Assembly: GCA_002633005.1 (NCBI GenBank) | Contig: NMRA01000056.1 | Location: forward strand, 567,165 to 631,164 | Direction of reading: 5' to 3' | Length of the DNA stretch: 64,000 nt | From: Phoronis australis | Taxonomy: Eukaryota; Animalia; Phoronida | Shown: piece by piece, positions 48,156 to 61,100 of the stretch | Layout: each line of letters opens with the position of its first letter | How positions within the stretch are numbered: the first letter of the stretch is position 1 | Notes under the pieces: generated by a model | Database searches by the model: none | Told to the model about the DNA's origin: nothing | What the model saw: only the letters and a program-made list of their open reading frames with translations | Made by a program: the position numbers and the translations under genes

Positions 48156-51100
48156 CTAAAACCCTTCGTCTTCGTGTAACCGCTTAACTAATGGATGGTA
48201 CTTTTTCGGATCAGATGGCGAGTAGATTTCTACGGTTCTCATAAACTTCTTCTTCTGTTTTCCTTTCATTTGATCAACCTTAAGAGGCGCGAAATTTCTG
48301 TTGTAATTGGCTACGTAGTTTCTCAGACCTTCGTAGAAATTGTATTTACACTGCAAGACCTGAAATTTCAGAGCAAGTGTTTGCTTTAGTTGGCGACAAT
48401 TTGACCATGTCGGTGCTGGGCCTGCTTAGCAAACAAGAGAAGCTCATACGTTTGGTGGCGTACGTAGGGTTAGTATGATACTATTAGTTGATGCCTTTGC
48501 CATGCACAAGTTGGATGAAACGGGCCAGGACTCTGATTTAACTCGATTGTAAGGAAACTCCTGCGGTGAAAAAGAACAACCCGAGTGCGTGATCAAAACT
48601 GATTCCGCGAAACTAAGCAGAAATGTCCACTACATCATTTACCCGTAAAAAGTTGACTTTCTGACTGATGAGTTAGGGATGGCAAGGCTTAGTCTCTTAT
48701 CAACAATCAAACCGCGGTACAAATTTGCTCCCGCGACCCAAGACTATTTTTGTGTGAATGAGTATGGTAACATGTCATCGTTACCCTAATAAAACAAGGC
48801 ACAGTTTTTATTATTTGTTCATTTCAATATCAAATAATGAGTGCGTAATTTTTGGAATTGCTAGGATTTTCTATTATCTGTTTTTATGTGTATCAGTTGA
48901 GGTGTTTTTTAACCGAATTTTAATTACAAATTGTTTCTTTTCGTGATGATACTTGTACACATAGTTCTCCAGGAAGTCACAAGCAGACGCTTGCTACGAA
49001 TTTAAATATTCACGGTTTTAACGAGATACTGCATCTTTAAGCTAGAATTTAGGGACTCGGCCACGGAAACGATTATAACCCCCGTATTAGTGGTTGTGTC
49101 GGTAATTTGAGTGCGTACCATTTGCCTGATCGATTTACTTATAGCACGAGCTTAGAAATTCGCCACTTAGCTGCCATGGGCAACAGCATTTTCCGAGATA
49201 GCTAGAATGGAAAGTGTTACTGACGGACTTGGACGGTCAGTTCAAACCTGTCGCTGGTATAGAAAATATAAAAAATCCATGATGCGATGCAGAAATATTT
49301 AGCAGTGTGTAGCTAATTACGCATATTTAGAACCATCTGCATATATCTAAAATAATGATTTTTTCGTAAATAATGGTTTGCTAAGCGTTTTGTATAGAGG
49401 TGCATGCGCCCAAGTAGCACTCAATAGGCGCTCGCAGAATGTCTAAGCCACTGAGCTGGGTATTACTGGTGTATTTTCATTACATTTTTCAAGAATGGAG
49501 AAAACTGTTAATCCTTATTACATAGACTTAAATTGAAGACATGCTCATAACTACCATTTTATAGTGGACAAGTTTCGGCCATGCATACAAAAGCACTTGC
49601 TCTTAATTACGAGTACGTGGCAGTTTCACATATAGGTGCATATGCCTAAATACGTGCATATAGGGTAGAGGTGATGCTTACCTTTTCACGCAATTCTCTG
49701 TGTACTTTCCATGTTTGTTTTCTTTCCATTGTCTCGTATTTAGGCTCGTCAGGAATATCTGGCCTTGGTGGATTCCAGGCGAAGAAATTTAACATGTGCC
49801 TTCTGGGATAATGAAGTTTTGTTGACTCATATTGCACGTCTGAGAACCGGATCTCTGTAAAAGGTAAAAAATGACACGAAATTGTTTATGACAGGAGAAT
49901 TGGTCTTAAGCAATAGCCATTGTCCGGTTTTAGGAGGCCAGATGCACAGTATTACCGGGATTTTCCGTAGATAAGCCCATGGGTGTGTATTTGGAAAATG
50001 AAAGAATTCAGGTGTTTTGTAACACCAAATAAACGTCCGGGCGTTTATTCGGAAAAGGAGGATGTGCAAACGGAAAGTCACATTTTTGCTTGATTTTCAT
50101 ATTTTTCACTTAAAACTGTGTTCTTAAATTTTATGTCAATAAATGCATAATTCACCAACACCGTGTTCGTTCTTATAAATGATAAATGCTCAGTAAAACT
50201 GAATTTGTGACAAAAAGTTGACGCTCAATGGGCTTTTAAGAAGAAATTTTCCGAATAAATGCCTCACTATCTGAACACTTGACACTAGTAGCTGTAACGT
50301 CAAATAAACGCCCATGGGCATTTATGTGACATAATTTTACGATTAAACGCCCATGGGCGTTTCATCAGGTGGGCTTATCCACGGTAAATCCCGGTAGTTG
50401 AATAATTGAAGCCGCATTTGAAAGAGAGTGTGGACAAATATCTTCACAAGTCTTATAAATGGCTTGTAGACAACAATCTTTGGTTGCATGCGTTGGGTGG
50501 GGATTTTAAGTCCGCCTATGTGCAAATCTAAATTCCACGTTCTTCAGAAAACTAACAACGGTCTTAACGTGTAAACGTGCACATTCGTGTTACCTTTTTT
50601 CTTGGCTGGTTCAGGGATCTCCTTCAGCGTCTGTAATGCAATATCTGTTTTCATTCAAAGATGATCGTGATCACCAAAATCACCCAAGCAGAGAGATAAA
50701 ATTCTTGTGAATATTATGGTCTTCATAAAGGACAGACAGAGTACAGATATGTTTTGTAAACCAAGAGTAGAGTTTTGTAATGACGAATGGCGTTAATTAT
50801 CATTGCTTGAAGGACATTCAATATTTTCATTGATTAATTAGTTAATTCAGTTTATTGTAATGTCAGAAAGGTCAAAGGCTTCCTGCAACTCAACCTTCGC
50901 CTGAGAAAACTATTGCAACGCGAAAACAAAATTTTGGCGATATTGTATAATTTCTAAAACGTATACTGTGCATTGCGCTGGAAAATCGACAATACCGGGT
51001 TGAGTTCCGTAGACGCAAGGATCTCACAGAGGAAGCTAGTGTCCTTGTGTGTTTCAGTTGTAGACATGGCAGCATCTCGCGAATTCTTGAGTGGTTTTGC

Positions 51101-51533
51101 GTTGCTTGGCATTTATTACCTTAAGAGGTGGTGGTGATCTCCCCCTTTTCTTTTCCTTCAAAGTCTTTGCGAGTTCGCGATATTCCGGTAGCAATATAGG
51201 ATTTCTGATGTAGGGAGATTTAGTCACGTCGTCCACATTCTCTTCGCAAATTTTTAAATATTCTAGCACTATCTTTTTGTCAGAATTTAACTTCACTATG
51301 TTCCACACGGCTTTGTCTGCTCTCAGCTCCACCTGTAGTGAAAATGGAAGATACTGCCTCTTTCTCCAGTTAACAAATAAATCGTTAATTTCGTTTATTG
51401 ACGTCCTGGGTTTTCGCTGGTCCGGCGGCTTTATAGTAACGACTGTAACGACATCAACTGGACATGATAACCAGATAATCAAATAATACAACTAACGATG
51501 AAATAGACAAGAATCACTAACTGAACTCACCAT
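48156..51533 (-). CDS. Uncharacterised basic protein, ~246 aa, 6 coding exons
   Basis: Exons 51531-51533 (ATG only, in-frame TAG just upstream, gtgagt donor), 51120-51332, 50594-50630, 49682-49854, 48450-48560, 48156-48359; all GT-AG, phases 0,0,1,0,0 give one open frame MVELRADKAVWNIVK...RSPPPLKTLKEIPEPAKKKEIRFSDVQYE...ELREKEFPYN...VLQCKYNFYEGLRN...LHEDEGF*. AATAAA on - at 47963-47968. Exon 48450-48560 boundaries are the least certain. Confidence 0.72.
49955..50394. mobile_element. Tc1/mariner-type MITE (TA TSD); opposite-orientation copy at 63307-63702
   Basis: ta|CCGGGATTT..GTAGATAAGCCCA...TGGGCTTATCCACGG.AAATCCCGG|ta. Confidence 0.8.
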
Positions 51534-52009
51534 CTATTTGAATTGTACAACTGAATTTTTCTGAAATCAAAATGATAAAAAACTAACCTAAATATTAACG
51601 AAAATGATGAGTCACTTATCAAAGGCGAACTGGCCACGGAAAATGGCCGCCGTAGTGCGTGACAGCTGACACATATGCGTTGCGGATACTCGCTCAACTG
51701 CCGCCATATGTTATTAAGTTTTCAGGAAAAACCCTGTCCAGAAATAGGCCTAATAGCGGTAAAATAAAGCAAACACAACAAGGCTGAAAGTTACGAAATG
51801 TTTATATTTCAGTGATATCTTTCGACTTCCGCAACTCCTCCTGTGTTCTAGGTTGGTGCAAAGACAAGGGCGGCGCTGCACTGAAAAAGTGGGGCTATAG
51901 TCTAACAAACATAACTGAATGCGTTTGATTTTTTTCAGTTGAAGTGTAGCCACACGACGAATCCTTCAGTGTGTTAACGTCCACGCCTTCAAAAAAGAGT
52001 AGTGCATCT

Positions 52010-52379
52010 GCTACATGTCACAACAGTGTGTGTGTGTGTAGTGGAGCTTCGTTCAGGAACTAAGAAATCGACTTAGTATGACCACATGGCAATAAAACAC
52101 AGTGGCACTACAACAAAGCAAGACCTTTACCAGCCCTTTGATTGACGCGTTGCATGCGTCAAGAGCTTTTTACCAATAGTAAAACACGGCACGAAGCATC
52201 ATCCTCAGGAACCAAGTCGATTCAGTGTCCTATCTGTGATCAACGTTTCACGGAAAGAGTAAGCCTGAGACGACACTGCGTCACAACACGAGGACACTCG
52301 TTTTTGTGGTGAATGTGGCATGCCATGCAAACAGTATGCCTCCTTCTACAGGCATATCAAGCAGAAACGTCATGAATGA
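52010..52379 (+). pseudogene. Degenerate tandem C2H2 zinc-finger coding relic
   Basis: C..GASFR/KKST*YDHMAIKHSG, QCPICDQRFTERVSLRRHCVT/QH, FCGECGMPCKQYASFYRHIKQKRHE* separated by frameshifts and a stop. Confidence 0.7.
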
Positions 52380-53457
52380 AATCGTTAAGTCCAGTGGTGA
52401 AGTTTATTAAGTCACTATAGTTTATTCAGATTTACAAAGTCTGTGGTTGGTAGTTGTCTGATGTGATAGTATTTTGACGTTTTGTTTTGAACCTTTTTTC
52501 CTCAAGTTTCTTTCTATATTTGTGTAATTTCAGACGGATCTTTACCAGAACCAGTACATTTTCGTAGTGTTTAGGTAGATTTAAATGGCCATACTAAGTG
52601 TCATTGGGCAATACTTACATACAATTGTTCTGACCAATGAGTATTTTGAATGAAAATGTATGTCTATGATTATTGTATACTATGTTCTTACTATGAAGAG
52701 AAAGCCTGACGATGATTTTCTGAATACTATGGCTACTGTGGCACCTCCTAGTTTGGTGACATGATGCTATCTCCATGTTTTCCGAATTATTTGAGGCATT
52801 TTGCGCCACCTAGTGGCCATTTATGTTTTTTCCAATCGGTTTTTTGGCATCCGCTCCTCTATCAACCAAAGCATTCTATGGATGATTGTGAAAATTGGTA
52901 TATTTGTTCTCAGTATGAAGAGTATGGCTGACGAAGACGACTGACTACTGTGGCGCCTTCTAGCTTTTCTGCGCCTATAGCTGTATGTCCTAAGCCTACT
53001 GCAGGATCTTAATTAAATTTAGCAAGTGTATTCATATCATGTTGAGAACAGATATTGACAACTTTCAGGTGCGTTACCGCTAGCGGCCATTCCATTTTTT
53101 CCGGTCTCCCTTTGTTTCCCTGAAGTTTCTTGACACATTTTTTTGAAAATTGGTAAATATTTTTATTAAAGAAACGATGTTTCTGTTTTCGGATGGACTT
53201 GACATATTTTGCGCCATCTGGTGGCCATTTTTAGGATACAAATAGGCGTCACAAGAAGCATGCTGTTTGCGATGCCCAATTGCTTCAAAATTTTTCGTCA
53301 TTTTTTGTAGAATGCTTTTATCAGTGCTGCTTAACTGGAAGTTGTTTTCAAAATTGCGGCTCTGACGCATTTTCATCATTTTTCAATAGTCCTGGGGTGC
53401 CACAACGGGAAGAGGAAATGACGTGAATTTTTCATGTGAAGACTCGCTCGTCAGTCA

Positions 53458-53758
53458 CTTTCCGGCGGTGCCTTCTATATTAATATAGTGAGACTCGTCG
53501 CAATCTCTGGCCGCCTTTCGGCGAGGCCCCTATACTATTATAGGGGACCTCGCTGAAAGGCAGTCGAAAAGCGGGGCCCTTTATATTAATATAGAGGGCC
53601 TCGCCGGAAGGCGGCCAGAGAGCGGGACCTTCCGTATTAATATAGAGGGTCTCACTCATCAGCCGTCCTCCGGCGGGGCTCTCTATATAAATATAGAAGG
53701 CCCCGGTCTCCGGCCATCTTTCGGCGGGGCCACCTATATTAATTTGGAAGGCATCGCT
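53458..53758. repeat. Array of six palindromic units (~55-60 bp spacing)
   Basis: Core ctatattaatatag with GC-rich arms (cggcg.ggccc..ggg.cctcgccg) recurring six times with variation. Confidence 0.8.
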
Positions 53759-56519
53759 TTTGAGGCCTCAAATTCAATTTTTTGCCTATGTCATTTTAAT
53801 AAGAAGAAGTCATTTTAAATAGTAATTTGTTAATTGCTTTCATATTGTAGTTGATTTCCTGTGACAGACTGTTATACTATCAATCAGTCCTAAATACGTT
53901 GTCTATGATTCAGTGATGACTTAGTCCAATACATTCCAAAAGTAATTCGTTGGAAATGTTAAATGGATTTGTTTTGTTTTTTCCTATAAATAAATTTATA
54001 TATTTTTGTAAGACCAATTTTGAGGTATGTGTGATAAAAGATTAATATTATAATAGAAATGCCATAATATTGTTGATTTCCTGTGTAAATCACTACAGTG
54101 TGTAGTTGAAGTGACGTTAATGACAACATGTTGACTACGTTTTGAGAAAATCACAATATAGTACGTGTATCATAACTCTCAATCTTTTTCAATGTTGCAT
54201 TAAACTCGAGATCATGAACTGATGATGCAGATGAACGTAGGACCAATACTACAAAACAGAAGAGTCAAACACAACTTACATTCAAGCCACACGGTGCCAC
54301 AAGTCAATCTGTTCATCTCTGTACCGATGTTCTCAGTAAAACATCAAGAAAAATCACACCGTTTTATCAGCACACCAGTTTACACAACTTCTGGCCAATT
54401 TCTTAATCCCAGACGTTTATGAATGTGAATCTTTGAATCAACTCGTGAAGTGTTGCCGCACTCCCCTCTCTCCCCATGGGCAAGCTCATCATCATTTTTT
54501 GACTTCACTGGCTATTTGCATTTTTTTCATTTTGCTGTCACAGTTTTACAAGAAGACTCTACACTCGCTTTCATCTCGGTGTTGCAACTATTTGTTTACC
54601 ACTGGCTGACAGGCCAAATGGAACAACTCCTGGGTGAGTCTTCAGTTTAGAAACCCTTGTTCTCAGTGGTTTGGTCTAAAAGTAGACACCTGGCCTGTAC
54701 TTTTCAAAACCCTGGTTGGATGTACCTTCACGTCGTGGGTAACATGTTCGTTGAAGCTCGCCTCACATTAACAATGAACTTGTTTCCTGAAATGAGAATA
54801 TTAATTCGTTTGTGAAACTAAAATTATGCTTGATGTACATGTAGTGCTCATGGCAATTTAATGGAAATATGCTATGTTGTTGTTCAGTTTTGATACGAAA
54901 GTAACACAGTGATTAATTCATTGCACCACACTTATTTTGTAACCTTTTTCACGTTTTATAAGTAAAAAGTTCATTACTGTTCGACACACCACAATGCGTT
55001 CCCGATCGCATAAACAAACACAAATTTGCGTTCCCGATCGCTTAACGTTGCGTTCTCGATCGCATCTTTCATCGGAAAAGCATCGAAAAATCAGAGATCC
55101 TGACAAAACTACAAAAAACAAGTGTCGTGTTACATTTTTACTCGTCATTTCTTCATAACTCCATGGTCAATTTATTGATTTAGTTCCAAAAATAATGGCA
55201 ATTTGCCAAAATGACATTCAAATCACCTTCGGCTTAAGCGATGCCTCGGACAATGTAACTTTTCTCCTATAATTGGGAAAGAAACTAGTCTAAACCTGCA
55301 CCTGCCTTCCTAAATGTGTCATGTCTCTGTTTTCACATTGGAGGTAAAAGCAACGAAAGTTCATCAAATTTACTCACCTTGCGTAGCTTCGCTTCTCGCG
55401 CCAAATTTCGTTCTCGATCGCGGGTTGGCCGGGGTGAAAATGGCGTATGTATGCACTGCCTCGACTTGAATTGGCAACGGAAATGTGATCCAGTCACGGT
55501 AAGGGGAATTACGAAGTCTACTTCATGAGAGTAAAAGGCCGTTTTTTAGCCTGCTAAACATGGCGAAATATAATTTTAACCTAAGGACCTATGATTGTAT
55601 ACTGAAGTTCTAGTTCACATTTGCTGAACTTTACGTTCGAGCTACAATCTCGAATTCTTACTCGAGATTTTGAGTTCATGCTCGGACTTATGCGTGAACC
55701 ATGATGTACAGGAATAGACACTAAACTGGAACAGAAAAAGTAAAAAAATCAGAGCCTACGTCCACTTTTGAAGAAACAGAATATTTTTGATAAAAGAGAG
55801 AGAGTAGTGTATTTCCATCACAAATCCTTTACACATTCTTTTGTTTGTTTATTTCTACCTGTGTAAGAAACGGCCATGACCTCAACAGTACAAACACTGA
55901 TTCATGTCGTGATAGAAGAAATTTGTGTTAAGACATAACACAGTGCGATGTGAACCCCACATAGTTGCCTTGTTAAGAAAACATGCCGTGATAATACGCG
56001 AGGAATGACTTTTAGTTTCAGCAAATGTTGGAAGCAAACTTTTCCGCGATGTTCTCTCAATAGACAAATGCTCATATTTACCATAACAACACTTCATACT
56101 TCATTCAGTTTTGAAAGCTTTCAAAATTATCGGTTGCCACTTTAAGGTACTACTTACCAAGTTCTCTCCTTTTCAAAACATCTATGAACTCGTCGAAATT
56201 TTCTATCGCGGGTTTTTTTAAAACATAGTCTATTACATTGTGTGGCAACTCAGGGTCAAGAAGCCAAATTCCCTCTCGGATTATATTCTTAATCTTGTTG
56301 CTAGGAGGACGCTTCTTAGAAAGTTCTGCTACGAGAAGCTTGTGTATCTGTATAAAATAAACGTAAATTGGTGAACATAAACGATGGACTCAAGCACAAT
56401 AAAGTCATCGTCATCAAAGAATTAACAGAAGGTGATGTTTATCTAAAACCGAGAATGGCAAGTAACCTCTTTGAAGTTCTGTAAGAAAAAATCTCCGGTA
56501 TAGGGGTTCTTCTTTACCA

Positions 56520-56745
56520 TCCTGGTACCAGCCAGGCCGGTACTGGTTTTGTCACCATTTTGTACCAGTTGTACCGGGTACCAGGTAGCCGGTACCGGGC
56601 TGGTACCGGTCTGGTACCGGGCTGGTACCGGTCTGGTACCGGGCTGGGATCCGTCTGGTACCGGGCTGGTACCGGTCTGGTACCGGGCTGGTACCGGGCT
56701 GGGACCGGTCTAGTACCGGGCTGGTACCGGTCTGGAACCGGGCCA
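56520..56745. repeat. 11-bp GGTACC-containing satellite (ggtaccggtct/ggtaccgggct)
   Basis: Alternating 11-mers give a 22-bp higher-order unit; explains the repetitive ORFs at 56514-56784. Confidence 0.9.
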
Positions 56746-57442
56746 AAAAGTGTGTCATGGAAGCCGCGTTTACTCAACATTTAATAGAACTTTGTCCAGC
56801 CTATCAAGAGCTTCGATGCACACATAACCTGCCCAGGGAAATCATTGTCAGGTTATAACAATCTTTCTAAATTTCTGAGAAAAACAGGCAGATTTGAAGA
56901 CTTTATTCATGAAGAACCTCATCCTGGGGGATGCCCGTAAGTCATAAATAGATGATCATTGCACTGAACCCAACTTGCGGCTTAATGACACCTGGCATCA
57001 GGCCATTTACCTTCTTTTGTATACGATAAAAAGTTTTCTAGCTTTTAAAGTTTAAATAAATGGAATTTACTTCCTGACAATTGTTCACAGTATTAGCCAA
57101 CCTTCGTGAGTCTTATTTGCGTTTGTCAATTTTTGATTCAGCTGCTGTATCCGTTGTCAGTTCACACAAGCTACGATTTCAGCGAATATACAGAATAATA
57201 GGTTTTAGAGTTGATAATTTACAATGAGACATAAGTGATAAAATTTACTGATGGGGGTCTCAACTCACGGCTTTCCAGATGTTAGGCAATGGAGTTTGTA
57301 CTTTATAACTCCTATGAACTCGTTTAAACTCTTTCAGTGGGTATTTCAAAGTGGCTTGAAACCTTCGTTCTACTTTTGACTTAGACAACACTTATAGCTA
57401 TAAAATTGGACTCTATTAGTTCCTTGCACAGATGAGAAGTTA

Positions 57443-57444
<2 letters not shown>

Positions 57445-57524
<80 letters not shown>
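57445..57524. repeat. (TG)40 microsatellite
   Basis: Uninterrupted TG run. Confidence 0.98.
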
Positions 57525-57526
<2 letters not shown>

Positions 57527-57707
57527 GAACTGATAGTTAGTCTATCCTTGAGAACATGCTCGGTGCATGCCAATTTGTGGAGACTGATTTCAAACAAAAA
57601 CCAACTTCCTATTCTGCCGAAGACTTGGAACCGTCTCAAATTTGACAAAGAGACGAACTGAGGCCAATTTCATAAAGGTGAGTAGTCTAAAGTTGTTTCT
57701 GTGATGG

Positions 57708-58120
57708 AACCCGGGCCCGGTCTCCAATCTTTTTACTCGAAATGGAACTCGAAATTAGGTTTGGCATTTTCTACTCTACTTTTGGGCGAACGCAAGATAA
57801 GTGTCTATTATTCTATGCTCGAGTACACAATAACTTACGTAGATAATTTATTGCCCTTAGTTCACAGTTTGTAAACCCAATATTAAAGCAATAAGTTCGA
57901 GTTTGAACTCGAAATTTCGTGTTTTTAGTCGAGTTTGTAGCACGAATATAAGGGTCTTCAAGGGCAAACTTGAACTAGAAACTCCTATGCATAAACTATA
58001 ATGTATTCGAGCACAGTCTGATAACCAATTATCTTAAGTTCGCACAAAAGGAGCAGAAAAATTGCCAAAAATAGTTTCGAGATCGTTTCGAGTACAAAGA
58101 TTAGAGACCGGGCCCCGGTT
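57708..58120. mobile_element. MITE with ~70-bp imperfect TIRs (related fragment at ~55580-55695)
   Basis: ccgggcccggtctccaatcttt.tactcgaaa ... tttcgagtacaaagattagagaccgggccccgg. Confidence 0.75.
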
Positions 58121-61100
58121 TGTAGCGTACCTTAAATTTTCATTGTGGGCAACACCGTTTTGAAGCCAAACATAAGCAAAACCCGTTGATACAATGCGCA
58201 TTCAATACAAAGTTAGTTCATTTCCGTGTAACGTAATCATGTACATACTACATATACTTGTACATTATAATGAAGTACGATTGGTGACAAATTGTATCGA
58301 ATGAATGTGGTTTCATACTTCTCAGTAATCCGTGAATCCTACCTTTTCATCGTACCATAACATGTTTAGTACGATGGCTCTCCGCTAAGATTTCTCCTCT
58401 AATTCCGTATATCATACGGTATTAGCTCTTTTATAAGAGGAAACGGGTGTCTATTCCTTTCTGCAGTGAGCTGAATGTGGGTGGATGAAAAGAAAAAGAT
58501 GATACAAATTGGTCATAGTAGGCCTATTTGACAAAAAATGACTTTAAACAGTACATTAGGTTGTGAATTGTGGTGTGAAAAGTGTTACCTCTCGGAAGTT
58601 CTCTGTTTGTTGTGCAGTGTACCCAATCTGTCTGGAGCGAATAACCGAAGCCTGAAACAACAACAGATAATGATCAATGTGTACATATATTGTGTTTACT
58701 GCCCAGTCTACCAAAGAAGTACACCGTTTACATTAAAAACAAGTTGACACGGATCAGCTGACAGGGAAGCAAAAGATCAGCTGATGTGTGAACAGAACTG
58801 ATACGGAGCAAACTGACACAGCTGTGACAATTTTTGTCCCCCGTTTATAAGGTAGAGTAAGTTGCGATCGGTCATCTTGCTTCCGGTGAACCATACGACT
58901 AAACACGAAGTCAAAAACAAGGAGTATGGTCTATACTGACATGCAAATTCAGGAAAAAAGTCCAAGTCGACTGTGGTATCAAGCGTTTCGTTTTAGGTGG
59001 GGAAAACAGTTGAATTCGAAAACAGTTTCGAATATAAGGGCATTAAGGACATTCGCCTGTGCTGTAAAATTGTTCCTGTGTCGGAATTTAGGTGTATGTA
59101 TTTAACTACGAAATATTTGGGTAAAACCAAGGAAAGGTTCTGAAATAGCATTTGAGTTAATGCTGACATAGTCGTTACACAAATGCGGAAAGTGTCGCAT
59201 TTTCTATTAAATAAACTGAGATTTATTGGAATGCAAAAATGACAATGGGCGCGTAAAAATTCAGTTTGACATGCACGTTCACAAGGGACTCCCACGTATA
59301 GGTGACTCTTTGTTGTAGGAGCATGTGTGAGCAACCATTTTTGAAAAAGACTCCATATTACGAGTCCGCATGGCTACGGCGGCATCGAAAGACAGTTGCG
59401 TCTCATTTTCTATTTTTCCTTAAAAGTGCCAACTTTCTCATCTCCAGGCCCAGAGTTAGTGGTGTCACAGCTTTCCAAAAAATCGCCGACAAAATTTTAT
59501 TTCTGGGGGCCAGAAGCATCTAACTCTGGGGACCAAGACAGATGAGACAAATGGAAGAAAATCTTAGAGCGAGAGTTTGTTGCAATGTCATAGTAAATAA
59601 GGCTCGAAGAAAAGAACACCTCAAGGCTTGCTGTATCGTTCACTAAAGTAGAACATGAGAAAACGTCAAATTAATTTCAAGAGTTGAGTTAAGACCTCGG
59701 CCTCGGAAAGAAATATGGCGGCAGAAACATTTTCTTCGTACGCCAACACAAGCGTGCATTATCTTATTGGCACATGGCAGAATAATTTCCACCTAGTTTC
59801 CACAAATGGGTATTTCCCGGTGACAAAAGAAGGAAATCATCGTGTAATATCGGGGATCAAAAACAATGCCACATGACCTCTTACGTCTTACTCATTTATC
59901 CAGTAATCGAGACTTTTCTTAGCGGGAAGGGGGAGGTGTTCACAAACCACAAATGTCGCAATGATTCGTCACTCTTTTATGCCAACCTGATCTGCGTTGC
60001 GAAGACCCAAGAATATCTCGAAAACGCAAGACTTCTCGAGATATGACCACGCTTTGCAGCCGAAGTCATGCTCTGCAACCGAAGCCATGCTTTGCAACAG
60101 AAGCATGTGATTTTTCGCGAGTTCCTTACGTCTACATAACACAGCTATAATATGGATAGCTAACGTAATACATATACTGAACCCTTAAAAATATAGTTGA
60201 ATAGGAATATTAATTTCTGATCGTAAGTAAGGCAACAACAATTTTTATTAACTGGATCAAACAGATGACCATTTTCAAAAACATATTTCGGTTTCATTAA
60301 TAGGAACGTCCTAGTACAGGCATTTTCAACACCTGTTAATGACACATTTACCCCTAACTTCGTAGTTTTAAAAGCTTTTAATCTTACTCGGTTCTTTCCA
60401 AAACTATGTTTTTGTTTGGACTCACTAAACATCGCCTTTTCCATGTTATTCGACAGGTTTTCGAGATCGGTGCCGACTTGCGGTCGAGTTAGTCTAGCCA
60501 GCTACCCTGAATTCAGTAACGCTAGGACCCCGCTAAAAATAAGACTTCGCGAGAATGCGTGAGATATTGCTGTGTATTTTAAATGAGAACATGTGATTTT
60601 GGCTAGATTGTAGCGAGATCCTAATGTGGGACAAAGGGTTACTGAACTCTACCCTGGTGACTACCGGAAGAGACTACTGACGGGTGAGTGGCCCCCACGA
60701 CTCGCATGTAGAGATTGGATATTCACTTTCTCATGCTTCACATCTCCAGCTCAGTCATAAAAGTTTCCACCTAATCCGATTTAAGCATTATTGTTCTAGT
60801 ACGAGGTGTCTGTCTCTTATGGCTTAGAAGGTTACGCAAAATCAGGCTAAAGATAATGGCTCTCGCACAATGTGCGTACAACTCTAAGCTAAAAAATAGA
60901 AATCCGTAGCTTGCGCTGGAGCAGACTAAAATCCAGTTCAAAAGATAAAAAATCGGGCTATTAACTGTTCGCGAAACAGGTCTAGGTCCCTGGCGTTAGT
61001 CATTTGTAACGGTGAGCAAATAGTTCCGCCCTCTGGTGGCCCGTCTCTAGTTAAAGATAGCCTCATTGTTTCACATTCAAAAAGACTGTAAACCCGTCTT

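Noticed and set aside
56514-57661. Repetitive ORFs (RYQPGT.., HTHT.., CVCV..)
   Set aside because: Translations of the 11-bp satellite and the TG microsatellite.
46705-60655. Giant element bounded by inverted repeats capturing the orphan gene
   Set aside because: The 60.5-kb copy has its own terminal inverted ends, so these are two dispersed MITE copies in opposite orientation; the same applies to the 49955/63307 pair.
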